NCBI RefSeq assembly: GCF_018977255.1
Contig: NW_024704743.1
Span: 104,534,001 to 104,598,000, forward strand
Length of the DNA: 64,000 nucleotides
Origin: Callorhinchus milii
Taxonomy: Eukaryota
Direction: 5' to 3'
Made by a program: the position numbers and the translations under genes. The notes under the pieces are model-generated. The model did no database searches, was not told where the DNA came from, and saw nothing but the letters and a program-made list of their open reading frames with translations. Of this stretch, positions 1-12,625 are shown in pieces. The first letter of the stretch is position 1, and each line of letters opens with the position of its first letter.

Positions 1-905
1 TTGTCTCCAGGACCACTGCTGTACTGACCGAATGTCTGTCAGACATCAAGTCCTGGATGTGAGCTAACTTTCTTCAGTTGAACATCAACAAAACCGAGGC
101 TCTCCTGATTGGCTCCCATCAGCGCATCCTCACCTCAGGCGCTGACAGCATCACCATCCATGGATGCACACTCCACCTTACTAAGCCAGTCCGGAACCTC
201 TTGTTTGACCTTCAGTTATCCTTTCTACCCAACATCGCTCTGCCTTCCCCCACCTCCGCAATGTCGCCCGGCTCCGACACTGTCTCACACTGCAGGCCGC
301 CGAAACTCTCATACACGCCTTCAATACATCGAGGCTCGACTATGCAAACTCCCTGCTTGTCGGCCTCCCCAACTCCTCCCTCCACAGGCTGCAGATCATC
401 CAGAACTCTGCAGCCCATGTCCTCTCCCGCAATAGGCTCCGCGACCCTTTCACCCCCTTCCTCTAACTCCACTGGCTTCCAATCACACAGAGGATACAGT
501 TCAAGATCCTGGTCCTCACCTTCAAAAGTTTTGTTCCCCCCTACATCTTCGACTTCCTAACCCCCTACCACCTTGTTCGCTCTCTCCGCTCAGCGAGCTC
601 TGGCCTGCTTCACATCCCCGCTCTGCTCGCCCCACTATAGGCGGGTAGGCCTTCCACCACTCTGCATCCACCCTCTGGAACTCCACCCCACAGTCCCTCT
701 GTCTTGCCCCCTCTTTCGCCACCTTCAAGCCCCAACTCAAGACCCTCCTCTTCGACCGTGCTTTCGATCTCCCTCCTTCCCCCCCCGCCCTCCCCACTCC
801 CACATCACGACCCTCAGATTGGGTATGTAACTCTGACTGTCCAGCGGCTTGGGATGTCCTCCCGATGTGAAAGGCGCTATACAAATGTAATTTTATTGTT
901 GTTGT
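1..905 (+). mobile_element. L2 LINE (tail type A) 3' fragment, degenerate
   Basis: Broken ORF2 peptides ([20 protein letters not shown]); tail cttgggatgtcctcccgatgtgaaaggcgctatacaaatgt + (TTG)n. Confidence 0.93.
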
Positions 906-1570
906 AGTATGGCCAGTATTTTTGTGAACTTTCCTCCTTTGGTTCTCAAAAATGTCAAATAATAATAATACTTGCTTTGGTATAGCACCTTTGATGTGGT
1001 GAGGCCATTTCAGGGTCAGACACTGAGATGACAAAAAAAAAACACTAGATTAGTGCTCTATGCGAGCAGGGATCATTTGCAAAATTTACCGAACAGATGC
1101 CCCATGCCCACATCAACAAATTAATTATCTGTAGGGAACTGATTGGAATAACACCCAATGTAGCTTGAATCCACGTGATGTTTGGTTTGGCAGAAAGCCA
1201 AGATCCTATGGGTTTTATGCTGTTACATGAGCTCCTGCTTACCTATGAGCACATTCATGTTCAAGCTGCCATTTGTCTCATAGGCTTTATCAAGAGACTC
1301 TGAAGGGGCTGCTGACCAAAGCCATCTCTGACATTTCATAACATTCTGGATTGCTCATATTTGCATATGCATCATTGTTCTGTGCATAATTAGCCACCTG
1401 ACAGATCGAGGACTTAAAGGGATCTAAATCGACTGAGATTTTTCCTTTTGATTTCTGCTGTCTCAAACATGGTGAAACGCAGCACATGTTTGAAGAAGAA
1501 ACAGTGATCGAGGAGCTCTTAAATGACGTTTTGTTCAAGAAATCCTGTTTTGCTCAAAGTTTCTTTTGTA

Positions 1571-1700
1571 TAACAACAATGTGCTTTTATATTGTGCCCT
1601 ACACCACACTGGACAGTGTCTTGGAGCACTCTACAGTTGGATGCTGAGTAAGGGAGAAGTGGGAGGTGTCCATAGGCATGGTTGAAGAGGCACCTTTATA
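1571..1700 (-). mobile_element. Old L2 3'-end fragment
   Basis: aacaacaa tail complement followed by sequence resembling the reverse complement of the L2 3' end. Confidence 0.55.
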
Positions 1701-2319
1701 GAAGCATTTCACGTTCTCCGATAGTCTCTGGATCCTCTTGGTGACAGCACAAGGTCAAGATTGACAAACATGACTTACTATTTGATAGTAAACATCTAAA
1801 TAAGTTGTTTTATATATTTTTAACAAATGCTGATTTTCCATCATAGCCATGAGTGTACTTCTCAATTATGTTTTGTTACAAGACAAAGTATCATTGCTCT
1901 CTAAAACCTCTCTCTCTGAGCCGAAGAGATATTGAATGCTGTAAATACATAGAACTCTATTTGAGAAAGGAATTCAGCATTAAACTTTTCAGTTCAATAA
2001 GAAAACAGGCTCTAAATTGTCATGATTCATAACAGGAGTTACTAACAGCTTTTTTTTATAATCTGGGGAAAAGCAGTTCCCCAAATAAGACTGAATTCAA
2101 TGATTTTCCAAAATTCTGTACAATTGTGAATTTTGCGACATTGGTTTTGAGACTGTCATAAGACATTTTGAGTCTTAGGAATAACTGTTACAGAATGATA
2201 ATAGTTGTTTGAGGTGAGAAGATGCCAAGTAAAACGTTACATGGGATTGGTCTGTGATTCCTTTTCTGGATTGTGTGTTAGGTGCTGGGGTATTTTCATG
2301 TGGTAACCCCAACTTTGGG

Positions 2320-2560
2320 TTCGAAGGTTGTGGGTTGAAGCCCTGCACTGCAGTGCAGTTCTGGGCAAATTATCAATACTGGTGTTGTGCTTTGGCTGAG
2401 AAGTTAGACTGATGTCCCATCTGCCAATTCAGGTTGACTTTTAAAGATCCCATGACACTATTGAAAAAGCAAAAGGTGTGTCTCTCAGTGTTGTGGCTAA
2501 CGATTCCCCAGATACATTAGCCATTCGCTTCAAGGCTGTTTATGGGATATTAGATGTACC
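2320..2560 (+). mobile_element. Deu-domain SINE (SacSINE1/AmnSINE-like), degenerate
   Basis: gaaggttgtgggtt head remnant; caggttgacttttaaagatcccatgacactattg resembles the Deu domain. Confidence 0.7.
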
Positions 2561-3651
2561 CATTGCAGATTCGCTTGCAACCAAATGATCTAATATAGAA
2601 TGTAGATTGACACACAGACAGACACACAGACAGACATGTCATCTTTATCTACACTCATCTGGGAAGGCTCCTGTGGGAGGACTCCTTTTTGGAGGACTCA
2701 GTTGAAAGACTCAGTGCTTTAAAAATGTAATTTTGTTGTTGATGCCGTGGTTGAGCTCTGTCTGTGTTATTTATTTTGTTCCCGCTGGTTCACTACGTGC
2801 AAGCTTCTGTGACCCAGGATGCCACAGCACCACGGTCAGCTGGCGCAGCCACCAGGTGTAACTACAGTGTGTGCATACATATGTAGGTGCTCTCTGATGT
2901 ACAATGCCACAGCGCCACTTTAACTCAGCGGCCACCAGGTGTACCTGCAGCGAAAAACGCAAGACTGAAAATAACTCAGGAACAATAGGAGATACCTGAA
3001 AACAGATATGCCCATGTCACTCTCAGGTGCAAGACCTTTCCGATGAGGTATAAATCATGTCTCTACATCAATCGGTTATTGTGATCCTTCTTGAAACACA
3101 GACAGACATTGACAATCTATAAGAGATTCGGATGGAGAAGACCAATATGGTGGTGTAATAATCCAAGGTTTATTAAGTAATACAAACAGCTTAACTTATT
3201 CTTAAAACTGAGACCATAGATACAGTAGAATCAATATCAATTCCACTGGGAGGTGTGCTGACCCTCGATGACAACTCCGACTATTTCAAAGTCACATCTT
3301 TCTTTCATGTGTTTCTAACTCACCTCCTCTTGTCACAGAGATAGCCCCCACCCTTCACAAGCTGCTAGTGATCTTAGAGCAGGCTCATTTTGCATGAGAA
3401 AACAACTGATAAAGAGAAAGAAATGTGGACATTCTGCCATCTTCCTGTTTCTTAGTCTTGAAATAAGCAGATGTCCACTTTATGGACTCTGAGCCCCATG
3501 TTTTCATATCTGTGCTCAAGAACATGATTACTCAATTCTTAGATGGGAGGATGACATGGGGCTCAGGCACCAAGCAAGGGAAAGTCATCAGAACCTGACC
3601 TCAGCCGGGGTCAAGCCAATGTATCTTTACATTTGCCAACACTAATTATAA

Positions 3652-4016
3652 TAACAATAATCCTTGCATTTGATATAGCGCCTTATCAGGTCTTCGAGAC
3701 GTCTCAAAGCACTTCACAGAATATACTGTAAAGTGAATTGACTGTAAATTTTGTGGATGAAACGCGGCAGCCAATTGTGCACAGCAGTGTCCCACAAAGA
3801 GTCGTGGTTTGAGTGAACAAATTATTATTTTTTAAGGAATTATTACCCCAGGAAAAGCGATCCGCTAATTGACTAACCCCAGGTTCTTACTTACTGCTGG
3901 GCAAATAAAGGCATGTGGAGTAAGGAAACTTACCCAACATTTCGCCCTACCGGGAATCGAACCCAGGTCTCTCGCTTGCGAGGCGAGTGGTCTAGCACTG
4001 AGCTACAGGATTCCAC
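3652..4016 (-). mobile_element. tRNA-derived CORE SINE, long form
   Basis: Reverse complement has gtggaatcctgtagctcagt (A box), gggttcgattccc (B box), cagcagtaagtaagaacc block and (ATT)n tail. Confidence 0.9.
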
Positions 4017-4374
4017 ACATAATTGGCACATGTACCCCTCAAGGGCCTTCAGTTAGTTATTAAAAACGTGCACCCTTGTTCATGCTCCAATAACTACGAA
4101 ATCCTATACTAAAAAGGTTATAAGTGTTTGGTTACATTCTAAAAGTATTCTCATTAAAACCCTTAAAAACAGTAAGCATTGCAAATATAATCTTACAAGT
4201 GTATAAATTGGCCTTTAGCCTACAATTACACAGCTACTATACTTGTCAGCAATTTCATGTGAAGCACTTGAGACATTTGGATATTATAGGAGTTATATCA
4301 TTTTTAAGGATTATTATTATTCTATGCTTCACTGTATACACAGTATATACAGAGTTTATTTTCTGCTATTACAG

Positions 4375-4467
4375 TGCAAGACATATCCATGTGTACTGGA
4401 GAGTCACCTCATGGGACTGACCATAGACTTCAACATGGGCTTTGTCTGCTTTGATGCTGCAACAAAG
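4375..4467 (+). CDS. SNTG1: Gamma-1-syntrophin, third-from-last coding exon (CKTYPCVLESHLMGLTIDFNMGFVCFDAATK)
   Basis: 93 nt, preceded by ttttctgctattacAG and followed by GTaagg; peptide nearly identical to the human SNTG1 segment as I recall it (CKTYACVLESHLMGLTIDFSTGFICFDAATK); splices in frame to the next exon. Confidence 0.96.
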
Positions 4468-5254
4468 GTAAGGTAATAATTGTTAAGTCTGCTTTTTGTA
4501 AAGATGAATATTAATTCAGTTCCAAATTACCACAGCCTGATTTTCTGCTCAATGCTCATAACAGTGGAGCCTCAATTGAATTCCAGAGGCATTGACGCAA
4601 AGCTACAATACAGGTTGAATCAAAGTGTACTTTAATTGGATAGCCTTGTGTTCGATCCTTTCCATCACAAGAGTAGTGAAATGTGAATTATTCCTTTAAT
4701 ATTTAGTGTGAGCATTAAAAAGGTCTATATTTGTACGTATATTTCTTCCTTAATTTCTTGTATGTCACTTTCTCTTTATTTAATTAAACCCTTTGAAGAA
4801 ACTAGGACTCCAGTGAGGGTGTCAATTAACATGGGAAATGAATTGGCATTAAGAGACAATATCGGTTAATAAGTTCCTACTTATTGGCTCGGCAGATCCT
4901 TTCATACAATTTCTACTTCAAATAAAATTAAATGAATCATTTCTTCTTCTAAACAATACAAAAGCACAATTTCCATCTGGTCAACTGACTAACAGACCTA
5001 ATGAATGGACAACGCTGTCTTTCATTATGTGGGGAAGATGGCTACTGAGCTGGAATTCATCCACATTATCCAATTCATCATTGCAACTGTAAGAAATTAG
5101 CCCCATTTTATAATGTGGTTGATGTGATAATTGCATCAAATGCATTATTAAACTCCACATCTCTATGTACTTTTCATTTGTTCACATACAGGAGAGCAAA
5201 AAACCTATGGCAAGAATATTCTCTGTAGATATATAGGAGTGTGGAAAAACAGGA

Positions 5255-5410
5255 AAAGAAGGAGACGTTTCAGCCCATCCAGTCTGTTCCACCGGTTTAT
5301 TAGATCTTGGCAGATCTTTTGATCCCAATGCCCCGATCTTTTTGCCATTCTGCTTAATACCTTTACTATCCAAGAATCTACCTTTTTTAAACATCAATAT
5401 TTATTCCATC
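5255..5410 (-). mobile_element. CR1 LINE 3'-end fragment
   Basis: Reverse complement reads ...GRFLDSKGIK, then gatgggctgaa typical of a CR1 3' UTR. Confidence 0.65.
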
Positions 5411-5479
5411 TCTACCACTTTTTGGGGCAAAACATTCAAAAATCGTCACAAACCTCTGTTTGAAGAAAGTTATATATTT

Positions 5480-6110
5480 TCCCTACCTCCACAACATCGC
5501 CTGGCTCCGCCACTGTCTTGCACCGCAGGCCGCCAAGACCCTTATACACATATTCATAACATCTAGGCTTAATTATGCAAACTCCTTGCTTGTCGGTCTC
5601 CACAACTCCTCCCGCCATAGGCTGCAGATCGTCCAGAACACTGCAGCCCATGTCCTCTCCCACACCAGGCTCCATGACCCTATCACCACCATCCTCGCCT
5701 AACTCTACTGGCTACCATCATACAGAGGATATAGTTCAAGATCCTGGTCCACACCTTCAAGGCCTAACTGTGACCTCCTAACCCCCTACCAAACTGCCCG
5801 CTCCCTCCTCTCAGTGGGCTCCGGCCTGCTTCATGTCCCTCACCTCATTGGCGGATGGACCTTCAACCCCTGCCTCCACCCTCTGGAACTCCATCCCGCA
5901 GCCCCTCCACCACCCCCCCTCCTTTGCCTCATTCAAGATCCATCTCAAGACCCTCCTCTTCGATTATGCCTTTGATCACCCTCCTTCCCCCTGCCCTCCA
6001 ATCACCCAATCCCGACCACCAGCTCGGGTCCGAAACACTGATTGTTCAGCACCTTGGGATGTCCTCCCAACATGAAAGGCGCTATATAAATGTCATTTTG
6101 TTGTTTTGTT
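5480..6110 (+). mobile_element. L2 LINE (type A) 3' fragment
   Basis: NIAWLRHCL...TSRLNYANSLL...LQIVQNTAA; type-A tail with (TTG)n. Confidence 0.92.
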
Positions 6111-6299
6111 ATAGATATATATTCTAATAATAATGCCTGCTAGAGTGCCTTATCAAGTCTTCCAGATGTCTTCACTTCACAGAATATACTGTAAAGTGAA
6201 TTAACAGTATATTGTGTTGGTGAATTATAGATTTATACACATTATATATTGTATATATATTATAATATATTTTATACTTTATATTATATTATAGACTAG

Positions 6300-6560
6300 G
6301 AATCACAAGATTTCAAGATTTAGATGAAGAAGGCCTTATGGCCCATTTGATCTCATCGTTCCAGAAAACCCATCCTTCCTACCGTCTTCCCATCACAGCA
6401 TCAAGCTGTTTTTAAATGTGTCCATTGTTGTGGCCATAACTACCCTCCCCAGCAACCTGTTCCAGTCATTAGTTATCTGGTGTGGAAAGAAAGCTTCCAG
6501 GTGTCTGTCCTGTGCTTTGCAACTCCAAACCTATGCCCTCTTGTTCTGCTGTCTTGGTGT
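6300..6560 (-). mobile_element. CR1 LINE 3'-end fragment
   Basis: Reverse complement gives WNRL motif and aatgggccataaggccttcttcatc...cttgtgattc tail; related pieces at 17350-17505, 45710-45855, 48060-48270. Confidence 0.75.
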
Positions 6561-7238
6561 TTCCAAAAATATTGTGCTGGATTTACTTTTTTGAGAAGTT
6601 GTTTACAAGTCTCAAATAACAACAATTTTTGAACAGGGGAATTTCCTTGCTGTGTGAGGAAGAGGTTCTGTCTGCATGTTTATCATTGTTGGTTTCTGTG
6701 AGCAGCGGGAGAAACTGTTTACCTTCAGCAGTTCTGCCTTGGTGATCACGGCCCTCTGAAGGGGACAGCTGTTCTATTTAGATTGCAGCTCCACGGCCCA
6801 AGCTGGGCTTCAGCTAGTGACAGTTCACAATGTTAACACTGTGTATTCATCCGTATATCATATAAGAGTCTAAAATGCAGATGGGCTACTAGCCCAGAGG
6901 CTATAATAATAATAATAATAATGTTTTCCTTGCACTTGATATAATGACTTTTCACATCATTGAAATGTCTCAAAGCGCTTCACAGAATTTACTGTAAAGT
7001 GGAGTTTCTGTGTAATCTGTGGGCAAATGTTGCAGCCAATTTGCACATGAAAAATGCCATAAAACAGTTATGGAGTGAGCAACCAATTTTATTTAGAGCA
7101 AATGGGATCTTGGTTTATTGTCTCAAAATTCAACTCCGACAATTTAGCAAAGCAGTGGCGTGGCAGGCTAAACTATATGGGTTCATCTCCCAACATGGGG
7201 CTTCTAACTAAACTAAGCTAACCTGCAATTTAGAGCCC

Positions 7239-7568
7239 AATAATAATAATAATAATAATAATCCTTGCATTTGATATAGCGCTTTTCACGTCGGGAGGAC
7301 GTCCTAAAGCGCTTCACAGAACACACTGTAAAGTGAATTGATTGTATATTTGTGGGCGAACGCGGCAGCCAATTGCGAACAGCAATGTCCCACAAACAGT
7401 CGTAGATTGAAAATGAACAATTTTTTTTATTATTGTTTTTGTTTGGAGGGATTATTATTAGGCGTGTGGAGTAAGGAAACTTGCCCAAGGTTTCGCCCTG
7501 CCTGGAATTGAACTCAGATCTCTCGCTTGCAAAGTGAGTGCTCTAACCACTGAGCTACAGGACTCCAC
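7239..7568 (-). mobile_element. tRNA-derived SINE, short form, full length
   Basis: Reverse complement is near-identical to the + copy at 25368; (AAT)n tail. Confidence 0.95.
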
Positions 7569-7609
7569 AATAATGACAAGAGTCAGCCTGACGCAGTAGG
7601 TATCAACAC

Positions 7610-8040
7610 AGTTCAGTTGGCAGCACTGTCACTTCTGAGTCATATGACTGAGTTCAAGGCCCATATCAGGACTTTGAACTCACTGTCTAGGCTGACAATC
7701 CAACACACTGTTAGGAGAGTACTGCATTGTTGGAAGTTCTGCTCTTCAGATGAGATGTTGAACCAAGATCCCATCTGAGTGTTCATCCCACCTGAGTAGA
7801 TGTTAAAGATCTCATGTCACTATTTGAAAAGAGAAGGGAGTTTTTCTGAATGTCCTGGTCAATAATCCTACAGATAAAAATTGTTCATTCACTTAATAGC
7901 TCTTGTCAGACATTGGGGGCTTTGATTGTCCACAAAATACATCTACAAATATGTCACTACACCAAACGGTAAATCATGTGAAGCACTTTAAGACATCCTC
8001 TCCAGGTGAAAGGCCTACACCAAATGTAAAGGCTACTAAT
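7610..8040 (+). mobile_element. Deu-domain SINE, near full length, old
   Basis: cagttggcagcact head; cttcagatgagatgttgaaccaag...gatgttaaagatctcatgtcactatttgaa Deu domain; L2-like tail. Confidence 0.8.
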
Positions 8041-9027
8041 CTGAGTTGCATAAATGAGGATTTTTATTGACTAGATGTACATCACGCCAACCCATCAGAA
8101 TTCCGCATCAATAGATTCTACTTCCAGAGCAGAGTTCCCAAAGATTGACAGGAATGCTAGAAGGAATTATTAAGGAATTCCATTAAGAAACAATGGAAAT
8201 AGGCTTTGTGTTCTGACTATTGCTATTTTGTACCTGTCCTACCAGCCTGAACCTGACACAGTGATGCCTGTTTATTATAATTGCCACAAGGATATTACGT
8301 GAAATAAAAGATAAGTCTCTTTAAGAACTACTCATTATTTTTCAGCTTGAGTGCATCACTCATGCAGGTAATGAGCCCAAAATAATTGAAGGCTTCTTAC
8401 ATCTGTAGTTCATCTCAGATTATTCATTATTCTATCTGTCTCCAGTTAATAAACATTAAGCAAACCTGTGTTGCGTGTATTAAAGAATTGTTGGTGCTAA
8501 GCATATTAAGATGCAATGTTTTAAAGATCATCTGATCTATGAATGGGAAACCAATCAATTTACAGCACAGATTGTAGAGGGGATTGTATTATATTGCTGT
8601 CTGAACAAAGATAAACAAGATATCACTGTAGAGCCCAACAAATCCTGGATAAAAATGTCTCTGTTTGGTAAACAGTTTTTGATACCTTTCAAATTTATTC
8701 AATCTGCCGCAACTATCTTACACAAGAAAGTATAAAACAAATAAAATAACATTGAATAAAAACATGCTGGAAGTAACATCAGCTGGGAGCATATCTGTTG
8801 AAGTGTTGAAGCTGCAGCAATTAGTAGAAACACAGTCTAGAGCTGGAAAGAGATTAGCTGAGTAAGGTTATTAGTCCAGATCAAGAGAGACATAACAAAG
8901 TTAAATTGCATCGGCTTTGAAATAAGAAACAGTGGATTAGGAATATGATTCAGGCATGCAGATGGAAAGAACGAAAAGGATATGTCAGGAAGGCACTGAG
9001 GAATGGCTTTAAAAAGGTGTTTATGAC

Positions 9028-9250
9028 AATAAATATCCTTGCACTTACTATAGCGTTTTATTCACGTCAAAATATCTCAAAGCACTGGATAATATTTACT
9101 GTAAAGTGGAGTGACTATGGATTTGTAGGTAAACATAGCAGCCAATTGTGCACACAGCAATGTTCCACATTACAGATAAGGGAATACATTTTTTTTCTGG
9201 AGGATTATTGGTCAAGATAAGCTCTCTACTCATCTGAATACTGTTGCAGA
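9028..9250 (-). mobile_element. Deu-type SINE 3' half (interrupted by L2)
   Basis: atccttgcac...gcagccaattgtgcacacagcaa; resumes after the L2 at ~10830. Confidence 0.7.
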
Positions 9251-9260
9251 CTGTTGCAGA

Positions 9261-10772
9261 CCTCCCCTTTCTCTCCAAGGTCTTGGAAAGAGTTGTCGCC
9301 TCCCAACTGCGCTCTTTCCTTTCCACCCATTCTCTTTTTGAACCCCTTCAGTCAGGTTTCCGTGCTCCCCATAGCACAGAAACTGCCCTGGTCAAGGTCA
9401 CCAATGATATCCTGACCATCTGTGACCAGGGCTCCCTCTGTCTCCTCGTCCTCCTCGACCTATCGGCAGCATTCGATACGGTCAACCACGCTATCCTACT
9501 CCACCGCTTGTCCTCCCACCTCAACCTTCAAGGCACTGTCCTTGAATGGTTTACGTCGTACCTTTCTCACCGTCTTCACTTTGTCTCAACGAATGGCTTC
9601 TCCTCCACCCCCCGTACTGTCTCATGTGGTGTCCCTCAGGGCTCTGTCCTCGGTCCCCTCCTCTTCACCCTCTATATGCTCCCCCTCGGTGACATCATCC
9701 GCAGACATGGAGTTAACTTCCACATGTATGCGGATGACACCCAACTCTACCTTTCCTCCTCTACTCTCAACTCCACGACCACCGATGTCCTGACAGCCTG
9801 CCTGTCCGACATCGAGTCCTGGACGAGAGACAACTTTCTTCAGCTCAACGTGCGAAAAACCGAGGCCCTCCTGATTGGCTCACGTCAGCGCCTCCGCACC
9901 TCAGGCGCTGACACCATCAGCATCCAAGGCTGCACTCTCCACCTCTCAAAGCCAGTCAGGAACCTCGGCGTTTTGTTCGACCCTGAGCTGTCCTTTCTCC
10001 CTCACATCCGCACTACAACTGGCACCGCCTTCCATCACCTCCGGAACATCGCCAGACTACGGCACTACCTCACCCCTCACGCTGCTGAAACCCTGGTCCA
10101 CGCCTTTGTCACCTCAAGGCTGGACTATGGGAACTCTCTCCTCGCCGGCCTTCCCGCCACCTCCCTCCACAAGCTGCAGGTCATTCAGAACTCTGCAGCT
10201 CGTGTACTGTCCCGCACCAGGCTTCGGGACCACATCACTCCCACCCTCGCTCGCCTCCACTGGCTCCCCATCCCCCAGAGGATTGATTTCAAGATCCTCA
10301 TCCTCACCTACAAGGCCATTCACGGCCTTGCTCCCTCCTACCTCTCCAACCTACTATCCCCCTACCTACCTGCCCGTACCCTCCGTTCCTCTGGCTCTGG
10401 TCTGCTCCACGTCCCCCGCCCCAACCGCCCTACCATCGGTGGTCGGGCCTTCAGCCTCTCAGCCCCCAGGCTCTGGAACTCCATCCCCCAGTGCCTTCGC
10501 CTTGCTTCCTCCCTTTCCTCCTTCAAGGCCGGTCTCAAAACCTTTCTCTTTGACCGAGCCTTCAGCTCCCCTCTCGACTCTCTTCCCCTCCTCGCTCCCT
10601 CCCTTCCCTCCCCTCACCCTGACCATTTCCCCCCTCCTCGCTCCCTCCCTTCCCTCGCCCTGACCATTTCCCCCCTGCTCGGGTCATGACCCAACTGTGC
10701 AGCGCCTTGGGACGTCCTCCTGACGTGAAAGGCGCTTTATAAATGGAATCTTGTTGTTGTTGTTGTTGTTGT
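9261..10772 (+). mobile_element. Young 5'-truncated L2 LINE (type A) with uninterrupted reverse-transcriptase frame
   Basis: ORF 9244-10689: [46 protein letters not shown] (9727-9738), LWNS; 3' stem-loop and (TTG)n tail; no endonuclease domain or ATG start. Confidence 0.97.
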
Positions 10773-10829
10773 TTAAGGGAAGCTGCCCGGTGTGGAGGGT
10801 GCTATATAAACGCAAGTTGGTGTTGTTGT

Positions 10830-10930
10830 GAGATCTTTAACATCAACTTGAACAGGCAGATGAGACCTTGGTTTGAAGTCTAATCCAAAGGACTGAATCT
10901 CGGGCAACGTATTACTCTGGATTGTTGTGT
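10830..10930 (-). mobile_element. Deu-type SINE 5' half
   Basis: gagatctttaacatcaacttgaacaggcagatgagaccttggttt is the reverse complement of the Deu domain. Confidence 0.7.
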
Positions 10931-10999
10931 AGACCAGGGCTGGTCAACTTGTGGCCTATGACAATTCTACACGAGTAATGCTGCTTGGGGTAATGTCAT

Positions 11000-12625
11000 C
11001 CCAGACCATTACTCCCTCCCTTAACTCCTCAATACCTCTCCCACCGCCATCCAACCCAGCTCCATCTCCGACCGCCCCTGGAAAAAAAACCTCCCCTCTC
11101 ACCCCCTTCCCGCTGCCTTAGAGTCATCTGAACTCCTTTGGCTTCTTCCCGCAATGTCCTGTTCTCCTCGGTCACTCTCCTCCACAACTTCCTCTCCACC
11201 ACTCTCAATGCCCTTGCCCCACTTACTTCCCGAACCATCTCCTACTCACAGAAGTCACCCTGGTACACCAGCCACCTCCGCTACCTTAAGACTCATGTGT
11301 GTGCTGCTGAATGCACCTAGCTCAAGTCCAACTTACCAGTCCATTGGCAGATCTGACTGGACCCTATTAAATCTTACCACTCCGTCCTCACCTCTGCTAA
11401 ACCATCCTTCTACTCCAAGGCAATCTTGGAGGCCAAGGACAATCTCAGGCTCCTCTTCTCCATCACCAACCATCTCCTCCGCCCACCCATCCTCTACTTC
11501 AACACCAACTGCAAGAAGATGCTGGACTTACTCAAAACCAAAGTCGAGGGGATCCACTTAGCTGCTTCCGCCCTTCCGACAACTACCCCCTCCCCATCTC
11601 CCCTCACACCCAGGCCCCTATCCATCCCTCCCTTCACACCTTCGAACCTGACTCCCCGTCCTCCCTCATCACCACCATCTGCGACCAGGGCTCCCTCTGC
11701 CTCTTTGTCCTCCTCTCTGCTGCCTTCGAAACCTTTGACCATTCTATCCACCTCCACCATTTCTCCTCTCACCTCAACCTCCACGGTTCTGTCCTTGAGT
11801 GGTTCAGATCCTACCTCACACCATTTTCACTTCATCTCAACAAACGGCTTCTCGTCTAGCCCCCGTACAATCCCATACGGAGTTCCTCAGGGCTTTGTCC
11901 TTGGTCCCCTCCTTTTCAGTGTCTGTATGCTTCCTTTTGGTGACATCATCGCCAGACATGGGGTCAATTTCCACATGTATCAGGTGACATCCAACTCTAT
12001 CTCTCTGCCTGCTCCTCGACTCTAGGAATACTGCTGTTGTCGCACAGCTAACTTTCTGCAGTTGAACATCAGCAAGACTGAGGCTCTCCTGATTGACTCG
12101 TGTTCGTGCCTTCGCATCTCAGACACTGGTATCCATGGATGCTCACTCCACCTTATAAAGCCAATCCAGAACCTTGGCGTCCTGTTTGACCCTCTACTAT
12201 CCTTTCTACCCCAAATCCATGCCATGTCCCGTTCTGCTTTCCTCCACCTTTGCAACATCGCCCGGCTCCACCACTGTCTCACACCACAGGCTGCCAGATC
12301 CTCATACATGCATTCATAACATTCAGGCTTGACCTGGTCCTCACCTTTAAAGCCCTCCATGGCCTTGCTTCACCTTACCTCTGCAACATTCTAACCCCCT
12401 ACCAAACTGCCTGCTCCCTCTGCTCAGTGAGCTCCAGACTGCTTCACATCCGCCGCCTTGCCCTCCCCACCATTTGCCTATTGGCACCCACCCTCTGGAA
12501 CTCTATCCCGCAGTCCCTCTGCTTTGCCCCCTCCCTTGCCTTCTTCAAGTCCCATCTCAACACCCTCCTTTTCGACCGTATCTTCGGTCACCCTCCTTCC
12601 CCCTATGCTCTCCACCCTCCCTGAT
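11000..12625 (+). mobile_element. L2 LINE copy with multiple internal deletions
   Basis: EN-RT linker (SPWYTSHLR), [36 protein letters not shown] in shifting frames. Confidence 0.9.

Noticed and set aside
1..4374. Preceding SNTG1 exon (WERAFQ region)
   Set aside because: Not found by eye; probably upstream of the window
9244..10689. 481-aa ORF as a host gene or novel reverse-transcriptase system
   Set aside because: No ATG start, begins mid-ORF2, ends in a LINE tail, and has many degenerate paralogues in the window: an ordinary truncated L2
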